Shown piece after piece: positions 1-7,322 of a DNA stretch of 17,523 nucleotides; positions within the stretch are counted from its first letter, which is position 1; each line of letters begins with the position of its first letter. A program made the translations under genes and the position numbers. Where the stretch lies: positions 1 to 17,523 of IMG/VR virus record IMGVR_UViG_3300026877_000062; one strand, written 5' to 3'. The notes under the pieces were generated by a model. The model saw only the letters and a program-made list of their open reading frames with translations, made no database searches and had not been told where the DNA came from.

Positions 1-2
1 TC

Positions 3-626
3 CACTTTGCGTTCGTTTCCTACGTTCTCACACCGTTTTCCTTTCAATACCTCTTCTGGTCTCTCCAACTAGAAGAATGGATGTACTTAGCTATCCCCTT
101 CATTCATGCGATAAGTGATAAATGGAAGTTTTACGTCGCAACATCGCTAATTGTAGTGACGTTAATATATAGTGCATTTATCGTCTTCCTTCCTTACGAC
201 GAGTTTCACTTACTTTACTTTATGCCTCCCTTCTGGTTGGGGGCGTATGGGTGGGGGATAATTGCATACCTTTTGAAGAAGAGGGGTTATAGACCGGGAA
301 ATATACATTATATTATACTGGGATTACTGTTTGTGCTCTACGTTACATTAAACGCCCACAACGAGATAGCTTATGAGTTCTTCACGCGGTTCCTGATTTA
401 TAACCTGGCGTTACCCGCTTTCGCCCTCCTTATTCTGAACCCGCCCAGGGTACTTAGTCGTGTAACAGTCTTCTTAGGCGAGGTGAGCTATGGAGTTTAC
501 CTGTGGACTTTGCTGTTTCAAGAACTTTTTGGGGTAAGTGGAATACTTTACGGCGTCCTAACTGCAATTGCTACAGAGTTTCCGTTGAGAAGAAAGGAAA
601 TAACAAAAAGGGTAATGGAAGTGTAA
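3..626 (+). CDS. Acyltransferase-3 (OafA/YrhL-like) membrane O-acyltransferase, 5'-truncated by the window edge
   Basis: The frame is open from position 3. It reads FWSLQLEEWMYL upstream of and across the listed ATG (family motif WSLxxEEQFY) and FLGEVSYGVYLW (family motif LGxxSYxxYLxH). Multiple hydrophobic segments are present. Confidence 0.8.
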   Translation, partial: HFAFVSYVLTPFSFQYLFWSLQLEEWMYLAIPFIHAISDKWKFYVATSLIVVTLIYSAFIVFLPYDEFHLLYFMPPFWLGAYGWGIIAYLLKKRGYRPGNIHYIILGLLFVLYVTLNAHNEIAYEFFTRFLIYNLALPAFALLILNPPRVLSRVTVFLGEVSYGVYLWTLLFQELFGVSGILYGVLTAIATEFPLRRKEITKRVMEV

Positions 627-644
627 CTTAATTGGGGGTATTCT

Positions 645-834
645 CACGTCCCTTTATTGAAGATTACGATTACTTATGTGCAGCACGATGACTATTGATA
701 TGAATTCTTGCTTGCGTGCAAAATATAACTTATTGATCTTATTTGTTGCTTATGTGCGAAGGTAAAATTATTGAGAAATTCCTTTGCTTATGTGCAGACT
801 ACTAATTATTGAAATGATTCCTTGCTTATGTGCA
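645..834 (-). repeat. Orphan TIGR-like dual-repeat guide array (5 units)
   Basis: On the + strand, 13-nt repeats TTRCTTRYGTGCR at 670, 708, 746, 784 and 822 alternate with YTATTGA at 654, 692, 730, 768 and 806. All spacers are 9 nt and the period is exactly 38 nt. The repeats match the 3414-4341 array. Strand is inferred from the main array. Confidence 0.9.
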
Positions 835-907
835 ATAGGAGTACCCTCAATACTAGATAATAATCTCTGGCTTTTTATTTTTTAGCTTTCTTTCCGTGTT
901 ATCTTTT

Positions 908-1279
908 ATGGGTATATTAGAAGCTTATAAAGCGCTGAAGGACATAAAATACAGAGTTTCGAGTAATAATAAATCACTTCAAATAGTTGAAGCAAAAGAA
1001 AACCACGTGATGATATGCAGGGGGGATACATGCTTTGAGTTCTTTAAACCTGAAAAGCAAGGTAAATACTACGCAGTACCTGTTATAAAATGGAATGGGA
1101 ACGGTAGCAAGTTCAAAAGTATGGAAAAGAAGTACATAGCGCTGAGCGACTTAAATTATTATACAAACTCATCTTCCTTTAAAGACTTCGCCGACAAGAT
1201 GAAAAAAATTAAAGAAGTTGAGGAGGATCAAGCTAGATTATTAAAGTTATTCGATTATTTGCATCAAATGTTTATCTGA
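908..1279 (+). CDS. Hypothetical protein (probable start ATG 908 rather than GTG 896)
   Basis: ORF track. A T-rich TATA-like stretch lies about 25-35 nt upstream of ATG 908. No recognisable motif. Confidence 0.6.
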   Translation: MGILEAYKALKDIKYRVSSNNKSLQIVEAKENHVMICRGDTCFEFFKPEKQGKYYAVPVIKWNGNGSKFKSMEKKYIALSDLNYYTNSSSFKDFADKMKKIKEVEEDQARLLKLFDYLHQMFI

Positions 1280-1865
1280 ACTCTACCGGTAAGCCATTTA
1301 CCATAATTATTTTCCTATTAGTCCACGTTACCGATTTTATTCTCTTTTTCCCTTTCATTAAACGTCTGACGTTATTAAATGCTATAGGTAAATAAGTATC
1401 ACTTATATCTATCATTACCCCAACACCCATATCACGATTAACTAGTTTAATTAGGCCATTCTCAAGAAGTACTCCCGCTATAGCTTCACCTTCACTTATA
1501 TGATGATTAAACACACCCTCTACGATGTGTTTAAACCAATAGGCTTCAATATACCTTAACCTCCTAATAGGCCCGCAAATAGTTATAAATGGATATAAAT
1601 AATTCGGACTATCTAACCCTAAATAATACCTGTAACATACATGCTCTTTCACCCATTTTTTGCCCTCAAGGTAAAAATCTCCACTGTATAATCTCTTCAT
1701 GAAAAACCTGACTAAGTCTACCCCTTCGTTTGTTAAGTAGTAATCTTTTACTCTATCTGGTACTTTTCCGTCATAATACAACATTTCGTACCGCGTTACC
1801 AAATAGTCATATTTACTTGTCCATTCTAACCATTTAATCTCTTCTTTAAAGTATAGACCTATCAT
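1272..1865 (-). CDS. Hypothetical protein
   Basis: 197-aa ORF preceded by a GGGTGA Shine-Dalgarno site. Confidence 0.7.
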   Translation of the reverse strand: MIGLYFKEEIKWLEWTSKYDYLVTRYEMLYYDGKVPDRVKDYYLTNEGVDLVRFFMKRLYSGDFYLEGKKWVKEHVCYRYYLGLDSPNYLYPFITICGPIRRLRYIEAYWFKHIVEGVFNHHISEGEAIAGVLLENGLIKLVNRDMGVGVMIDISDTYLPIAFNNVRRLMKGKKRIKSVTWTNRKIIMVNGLPVEFR

Positions 1866-1947
1866 TTTCTCACCCCTATGTTGAATAATGCTAACAGAAT
1901 ATTAAAAAGAAAGGGGGCGTAAAGTCTCACAGGCGGGAAGCCGTCAG

Positions 1948-2256
1948 CTAAGCGCCGTATGTCTGTTGTCTCCAGTACCAGTAGTACGTTAGTGAGATTA
2001 CAACTATACCGAGGGCAATGAGTACGGCAACTGCATATTGATTTGAAAGAACTGCCAGGATGTAACTATAAACCACATAAAGGTCTTGATAAATGGCTAA
2101 AGTCCATGAAACCTGAGGAGAAGGCGCAGAAGATACCATGTCTTTAACAGGATTAAGGACAAACGATATACCCTGCAGTATGGAGGAGAAGATGAAAATC
2201 GCAAATAAGGCTATTACTATTATCGATACAATCGAGATTTGTTCCTGTTGTGCCAT
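1948..2256 (-). CDS. Small hydrophobic membrane/virion protein
   Basis: 102 aa with hydrophobic helices at both ends. Co-oriented with the candidate capsid gene. Confidence 0.6.
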   Translation of the reverse strand: MAQQEQISIVSIIVIALFAIFIFSSILQGISFVLNPVKDMVSSAPSPQVSWTLAIYQDLYVVYSYILAVLSNQYAVAVLIALGIVVISLTYYWYWRQQTYGA

Positions 2257-2277
2257 AAAAAAGAATCCGTAAATACA

Positions 2278-2547
2278 CTAATAAATAAAAACACGTTCTC
2301 CCTTCCTCAGTTGACGTAGATACCTCCTAGCTTTCTCTCTTGCTAATTCGTCAGCCGTTATCTTCTCGAGGAACGCTAGTCTGGCCTTCGCTAAGTCGTC
2401 ATCCATCTTAATGACGTTACACTCGTGGTCATACGTGTAACCTCTTCTCAAGTCCCTCATTATCATGTCTGGTATTTGCCAATCGTGAGTAACTAAAATA
2501 CTTTCCCTTCTATAGTAACAACTCCTTCTTCCCTTATAAATGTTCAC
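2278..2547 (-). CDS. Small basic protein, possibly nucleic-acid binding
   Basis: 89 aa, Arg/Lys-rich, GTG start. Lies between two hydrophobic virion-like genes. Confidence 0.55.
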   Translation of the reverse strand: MNIYKGRRSCYYRRESILVTHDWQIPDMIMRDLRRGYTYDHECNVIKMDDDLAKARLAFLEKITADELAREKARRYLRQLRKGERVFIY

Positions 2548-2587
2548 AAAAAGAAGTAGGAGAAAAAGTTAAAAAATAAAATTTAGC

Positions 2588-3028
2588 TTAGAACGTATCT
2601 GTGGACTTCATCAAGTACCTTATAACGAATATCAATGCTACGATTATTAGCACTACTACGAGGATCTGGAATATTGACCCTAAAGTTGGCGCTATTGGTG
2701 AAACGAAGTTGTAGTTGGCAGGGATTTTGACGGCAGTAGTGTTAAAGACGTTAAGGATATAAATGCCGACACCACTTACGATTGATACTGTTACCGCACC
2801 TACGACCAATACTACGATAGCTATTATTATGTATTTAAACTTGTCCTTATAATTATCGTCGTCGTCGGCCATCATTATCGGTAACCTAGTCGCTAGACTC
2901 ATGGCTGCGCTGCTTAGACTAATGAACATCGTCCTTATCGACATTATTACGTTGAGCAGTAGGCTTACTATGAATATTCTTACTACCGGGTTTAGTTGAG
3001 TGGATCTCATTGTAATAAGAGTTAACAT
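2588..3028 (-). CDS. Candidate major capsid protein precursor (two-helix hydrophobic hairpin, spindle-shaped-virus-like)
   Basis: N-terminal leader, then an acidic linker (ADDDDNYKDK), then two long hydrophobic helices joined by a loop with an N-T-T sequon. This is the same layout as fusellovirus VP1 precursors. The call rests on architecture, not on an alignment. Confidence 0.45.
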   Translation of the reverse strand: MLTLITMRSTQLNPVVRIFIVSLLLNVIMSIRTMFISLSSAAMSLATRLPIMMADDDDNYKDKFKYIIIAIVVLVVGAVTVSIVSGVGIYILNVFNTTAVKIPANYNFVSPIAPTLGSIFQILVVVLIIVALIFVIRYLMKSTDTF

Positions 3029-3054
3029 GCAGATTAAAAAATATACTAAAACGA

Positions 3055-3360
3055 CTATATACCTCTAGCTCCGATAACTATTCTATCTTTCTGCAACCTA
3101 TTACTATATAATACAATTATTGAACAATCAGTCCTTATTCTAATTAATTCGTTTTTGATTGTATTGCCTAAATCATCGTTACTGATTGGTAATATAACAA
3201 GAACTTCACTTACATCTTTAGGCAGTATGAGGTTAAAGAACTTCGTATAATCAGAAATTATCCTTAAGCTATAACTTTTAAGGTTGGAAATCTCTCTGCT
3301 TCTTGCTACAGTCATAATGAAGTCTTCGAGGTTTCTAATATCGGCAGAATTAGCTAGCAT
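3055..3360 (-). CDS. Sulfolobales conserved protein, possibly DUF4898-like
   Basis: 101 aa with an AGGAG SD and a TTTTAAAA TATA upstream. ISDYTKFFNLILP resembles my recollection of this family. Confidence 0.5.
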   Translation of the reverse strand: MLANSADIRNLEDFIMTVARSREISNLKSYSLRIISDYTKFFNLILPKDVSEVLVILPISNDDLGNTIKNELIRIRTDCSIIVLYSNRLQKDRIVIGARGI

Positions 3361-3413
3361 AACTCCTTAATTAACATTTTGCTTTTTAAAATTTATGTGT
3401 TCTATTCTTGAGA

Positions 3414-4341
3414 TTACTCGTGTGCAGTTCGCCTGTTATTGAGGTTTTGCCTTACTTATGTGTGCATAAGGTAAATTACCGAGAAATTCCTTTGCTTGTG
3501 TGCAGTTCGTCAATTATTAAATACTTTTGTTGCTTATATGCAAAGGTCGTCTTATCTACTTCCTTTATTGCTTATGTGCAGAGACTGGATTATTGAGATT
3601 TGGTTACCTGCTTATATGCAATCCGTGGATTATTGATTTACCATCTTGCTTATGTGCAATTATCGGCTTATTGACTTCTTATTTTGCTTGTGTGCAACGG
3701 CGTCATTATTGAGTCGATTTTTTGCTTATATGCGATTACTAACTTATTTATAAGATTTGTTGCTCATGTACATTAATAAATTTATCGAGGTGCAATTGGA
3801 TTCTTGTTTAATAACATCCTTTGCTGATGTGCAATCTATTTCTTATTAAGTATTCCTATTGTTGCTTGTTTGCAGCTATACTATTATTGAAATAGTTTCT
3901 TGCTTATGTGCAAGCACTAACTTATTTATAAGATTTTTTGCTTATGTGCATATCCACTATTATTGAAGTTTGCTCTTGCTTGGATGCATATGGTGTGCAA
4001 TGACAGTCTTATTGAATGGATGTTTTGCTGGTGTGCATGAGCGATTTTATTAAAACTCCTTACTGCTTGTATGCAAGTAAACCTTTATTGATGATGTCGT
4101 TTGCTTATGTGCAGAGGATAACTTATTGACTTCCTTGTTTGCTTATATGCATACTTATCTTTATTGAATTACCGAATTGCTTGTGTGCAAATAATATGTT
4201 ATCGATCCTTTCCTTTGCTTGTGTGCAGTCGTTTTTTTATTGAGATATATGGTTGCTTGTGTGCAATAGCGATTTTATTGAATTCTTATCTTGCTTATGT
4301 GCAATGCCTATCTTATCGACACGAACTATTGCTCATGTGCA
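3414..4341 (-). repeat. TIGR-like dual-repeat guide-RNA array (~23 complete units plus 2 damaged junctions)
   Basis: The + strand unit is TTGCTTRTRTGCA-N9-TTATTGA-N9, period 38 nt, with about 26 long-repeat copies (two of them partial). On the - strand it reads TGCAYAYAAGCAA-N9-TCAATAA-N9. It begins 1 nt after the stop codon of the 4343-5374 gene. Confidence 0.93.
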
Positions 4342-4342
4342 G

Positions 4343-5374
4343 TCATTCAATAACTTTTTTCTTCTTAAGCCATTCCACCACCTCATCTCTGTTTATTCCT
4401 AACTCTTCTATTACCTTTTCAAATTTCGCTTTATATTTAGTCGTTTTTATATCTATATAGTAGTCAGTCACAGGACCTATTATAAAGTCCTCATGTTTCC
4501 TTATTACTTCGTATTCCTTCCCTAGCACTACCTTATATGCTTCAGTTAGTGGCACTCCTTCTCTGTAGTGTAATGATATGGCAAAATACTGAGATAGTAA
4601 TAAGGATATTGCTTTCCTGATTGCAGTTCTCTGTACTTTTAGCTTAGGCCAGTCTGGGTGTTTAGATATTACCTCTTCTTTGAAACTTTTTACTATCTTA
4701 GCGTAAACACCCCCAGCTAATATTAAATTGTTTGCCAGAATCCCTAACAGGAACGTTTTTACATTTCTGTTATATTTGACGTTTCTTGCTGCTATACCAA
4801 CTAGTTTAGTGTTATCATTAGGACACAGCCACCCTTGTTCAGAGGGGATAGCAGGTTTTCCATCCGAAGATTCGCCGGCATAGTAATAGTAGTTGCAACT
4901 AGGGCACTGGAACATTACTGCCAATCCAGCATACTTCCTAAACTTGTTAATGTTATACTGGAACTGAGGTGGATATGCGTAAACGATGAGTCTAGCAGCG
5001 TTAGCTGGTCCTATACCTTTGATAAACGCCAGGAAGTTGGTAAACTCTGAGAATTTAGTAACAGTATCAGCTATGAGTCCTTCGACCGTCTCTTGTTGTT
5101 TAAGTAATTCCATGTATCTTTGTACGAGTTCGTCAGACGGTGTTTCCTCAACTACCGTTACTTGTTCACCGCATATAGGACATTTATCACGTTTTTCGTC
5201 TTCCTTCAGTAGAACTGCATGTTTATTTTTACATACAGTATATCTTCTTAGAAAGACCCAATCACTTTTCTCCTTTTTCGCGCCTATACGGTTTCCGAAA
5301 GCCACCCTAATTTTTATCAGATCATCTCTGAACGCTACTAAATCCTTCAAATATATTAGATCATTTTCACTCAT
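4343..5374 (-). CDS. tasA: TIGR-associated (TasA-like) Nop/IS110-related RNA-binding protein, nuclease-less, with two Zn-ribbon insertions
   Basis: It starts with the IS110 coiled-coil motif (LKDLVAFRDDLIKIRVAFGNRI) and contains the Transposase_20/Nop helical motif IKGIGPANAARL...KFRKYAGL. There is no N-terminal DEDD/RuvC domain. Putative metal-binding pairs are CKNKH...CPIC and CPSC...CPND. It directly abuts the dual-spacer array. Confidence 0.82.
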   Translation of the reverse strand: MSENDLIYLKDLVAFRDDLIKIRVAFGNRIGAKKEKSDWVFLRRYTVCKNKHAVLLKEDEKRDKCPICGEQVTVVEETPSDELVQRYMELLKQQETVEGLIADTVTKFSEFTNFLAFIKGIGPANAARLIVYAYPPQFQYNINKFRKYAGLAVMFQCPSCNYYYYAGESSDGKPAIPSEQGWLCPNDNTKLVGIAARNVKYNRNVKTFLLGILANNLILAGGVYAKIVKSFKEEVISKHPDWPKLKVQRTAIRKAISLLLSQYFAISLHYREGVPLTEAYKVVLGKEYEVIRKHEDFIIGPVTDYYIDIKTTKYKAKFEKVIEELGINRDEVVEWLKKKKVIE

Positions 5375-5543
5375 CTTTTTCCTCGCCTCTAAAAATTACT
5401 ATCTTTTTCTCTAGGTCAAGATATGGTTCTAATTCATTCAAAAAAACCGCTACTTTCGCTGGAACTAATATATAATATACCTTTACTTCCTTTCCGTTTT
5501 TCTTTTTTACACTTTTTACGTACCACTTTAACTTGAGTTCCAT
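5367..5543 (-). CDS. Unannotated 58-aa protein, AbrB/SpoVT-like swapped-hairpin DNA-binding candidate
   Basis: Manual translation: MELKLKWYVKSVKKKNGKEVKVYYILVPAKVAVFLNELEPYLDLEKKIVIFRGEEKDE*. Its stop overlaps the tas start (ATGAGTGA). A BRE/TATA lies about 22 nt upstream. Confidence 0.65.
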   Translation of the reverse strand: MELKLKWYVKSVKKKNGKEVKVYYILVPAKVAVFLNELEPYLDLEKKIVIFRGEEKDE

Positions 5544-5564
5544 AATATATAATTAAAACATTTG

Positions 5565-5579
5565 CTTAAAAAGTTTTTT
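5565..5579 (-). promoter_or_regulatory. Archaeal BRE-TATA promoter for the AbrB-like/tas/array operon
   Basis: The - strand reads AAAAAACTTTTTAAG about 22 nt upstream of ATG 5543, the spacing expected for a leaderless transcript. Confidence 0.6.
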
Positions 5580-5971
5580 CACCTATTTGCCAATCGTAAT
5601 AATAACTTGTGTAACATCATTACTATTATTAACGATGACATGGCAGCTATTAAAAACGACGTGACGTAATATATCAGTATATCATTTTCGGACGGCACAA
5701 CAACTACGTTGTAAAACCCTGGTTGCACGGTTGTGGAGTTCAAATATACACTCCCGTTTACTTCCAACACTCCCCCTCCGTCGACACTCAACGTCAAATA
5801 CGGACCCGAGGGGTAATAATAGTACTTCCCCGACGGCGTAAAGTTGTAAATACCAGGCTGGAAGTACATGTCGAAAGTATAGTAAGTCCTTGCGGTGAGC
5901 GTAGTCAGCGCTGAAGATATGGCAAGAGTTGAGAAGACGAAGACGACTGCGTAAAACACAACCTCCTTCAT
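5579..5971 (-). CDS. Membrane-anchored protein (N- and C-terminal TM helices, beta-rich middle), possible virion component
   Basis: 130 aa with a GGTGG SD and hydrophobic termini. N-x-S/T sequons NFT, NGS and NST. Confidence 0.65.
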   Translation of the reverse strand: MKEVVFYAVVFVFSTLAISSALTTLTARTYYTFDMYFQPGIYNFTPSGKYYYYPSGPYLTLSVDGGGVLEVNGSVYLNSTTVQPGFYNVVVVPSENDILIYYVTSFLIAAMSSLIIVMMLHKLLLRLANR

Positions 5972-6573
5972 CTTACCACCACGAAAGTAAACGAGGAGGA
6001 TTCTATATTTTCCCCCAATATTATAATATCCCTTTCCTCCCCTGCATATATACGAATCACGTTTTTATCGAAGATTACCTTTTTGACCTCCCTCGATGGA
6101 GGGAATGGTAAAGCGTAAAAGAACGGCATAGTCCCCGCGTTCACCAGTAGCAATGCGTATAGGTAGTCTTCGTACGGGGTTCTATTCTCTCGGCGAAGGA
6201 GCATTAAGAGGTCGTTATTACTATCGAAATAGTCAGGTTTTTTTACGTCAACCTTCTTCACCTCGATGTCCTTCTTTTTTTCTATTTCCTGTAGGTAAAC
6301 GAAGGGTTTTGTTGTTTCTTCAACGACATACGTGTACCTGAAATACTCATCTTCAATTTCAACAACGTTATCGGTAACTCTTGAGGACAGTGGGGTAGAG
6401 AACGTTGCTCTAAAACGAAATGAGGGAGAATCGTAAAACTCTCTGACTGCGGACAGAGCAAGAAATGTATCAATTGGTCTGTACTCCGTTTTCTTCAGTA
6501 ACTTGAGGTAATCTGAGACGACGTTTATTTTTACGTTATACGTAACTTCCAGATATGACAGTATGGTACCCAT
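5968..6573 (-). CDS. Hypothetical protein (probable start ATG 6573, not 6918)
   Basis: The upstream part of the listed ORF overlaps the + strand gene at 6656. ATG 6573 lies 18 nt after a TTTTTCTTATT motif shared with neighbouring genes. Confidence 0.6.
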   Translation of the reverse strand: MGTILSYLEVTYNVKINVVSDYLKLLKKTEYRPIDTFLALSAVREFYDSPSFRFRATFSTPLSSRVTDNVVEIEDEYFRYTYVVEETTKPFVYLQEIEKKKDIEVKKVDVKKPDYFDSNNDLLMLLRRENRTPYEDYLYALLLVNAGTMPFFYALPFPPSREVKKVIFDKNVIRIYAGEERDIIILGENIESSSFTFVVVR

Positions 6574-6655
6574 AAATTTAAGATGAGTTCCAATAAGAAA
6601 AACCTGAAGCGGGAAGGAAATCAGATTTTTCTTATTATACCTTTTTCTTTTTAAC

Positions 6656-7291
6656 ATGAACCCGCCTACAAGAATCGAAATAATAATATTAATTGTACTT
6701 TTAGTAGTCCTAGTCATGTTATTAGAGTACATTACATATACTAAGTTAAAATTAAGATGTCGTGAGATATTAAGACTTGAAATGATTGCATTAAAATTAG
6801 TAATTATTGATATGTTACACATTACTCTATTATGGCTAGTTATGACTTTACCACTAATTGGTATCGCTGTATTTACCGAGCTATCTGTGGTATTCGTAAT
6901 AGACTTGATACTCACCAAGGTGCGAAGTTTTCCACTTCTTGGTATTGAAATTGCGTACCTTTTCCTGTTTTTATATGCAGTTATGCTATTACTAGGTCGT
7001 TTCTTGGTTAAGTACGGATCTATCTACAAATTACCATTCGTATTTTTTGTGAGAAACGATGTCAGACAGTTCTTAAGAAAACACCAATATATACACATGG
7101 CACTGTTCGCAGGTTCTATAACGTACATCGCGATAATTATCGACCTTTTGATAATGCTCGTAGATGCTCCCTCGCCTTTATCAAAAGAGGTTATAGGCAT
7201 AATTACTGCACTTCTGCTCATTGAGGTTCTGCCTAATAAAAAATATGAGAACGCAATAAAGCTCTGTAAAAAATTTACCAGCTGTGATTAA
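6656..7291 (+). CDS. Multi-pass membrane protein
   Basis: 211 aa with about 5-6 hydrophobic segments. TTTTTCTTATT motif 19 nt upstream. Confidence 0.65.
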   Translation: MNPPTRIEIIILIVLLVVLVMLLEYITYTKLKLRCREILRLEMIALKLVIIDMLHITLLWLVMTLPLIGIAVFTELSVVFVIDLILTKVRSFPLLGIEIAYLFLFLYAVMLLLGRFLVKYGSIYKLPFVFFVRNDVRQFLRKHQYIHMALFAGSITYIAIIIDLLIMLVDAPSPLSKEVIGIITALLLIEVLPNKKYENAIKLCKKFTSCD

Positions 7292-7322
7292 CATTTTTCT
7301 TATTATACCCTTTTTTCTTCAT

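Noticed and set aside
3427-4328. Codon-phase bias in reconstructed 18-nt targets
   Set aside because: Many read as plausible peptides in frame 1, but roughly 8 of 28 contain stops in that frame. This is not clearly different from chance.
3414-4341. CRISPR or mini-CRISPR array
   Set aside because: Repeats are 13 and 7 nt and alternate, and spacers are 9 nt. There is no ~24-25-nt Sulfolobales repeat ending in GAAA(G/C) and no 35-45-nt spacers.
3408-4460. ORFs 3408-3596, 3527-3712 and 4164-4460 as Cys-rich repeat proteins
   Set aside because: They are by-products of the 38-nt repeat, which is not a multiple of 3, so the same motifs (LLVCS, CLCA, AYVQ) cycle through frames.
4343-5374. Intact IS110/IS1111 insertion sequence
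   Set aside because: It lacks the N-terminal DEDD domain and a recognisable catalytic-serine loop. No IS ends were seen, and it is embedded in an operon with a multi-unit array.
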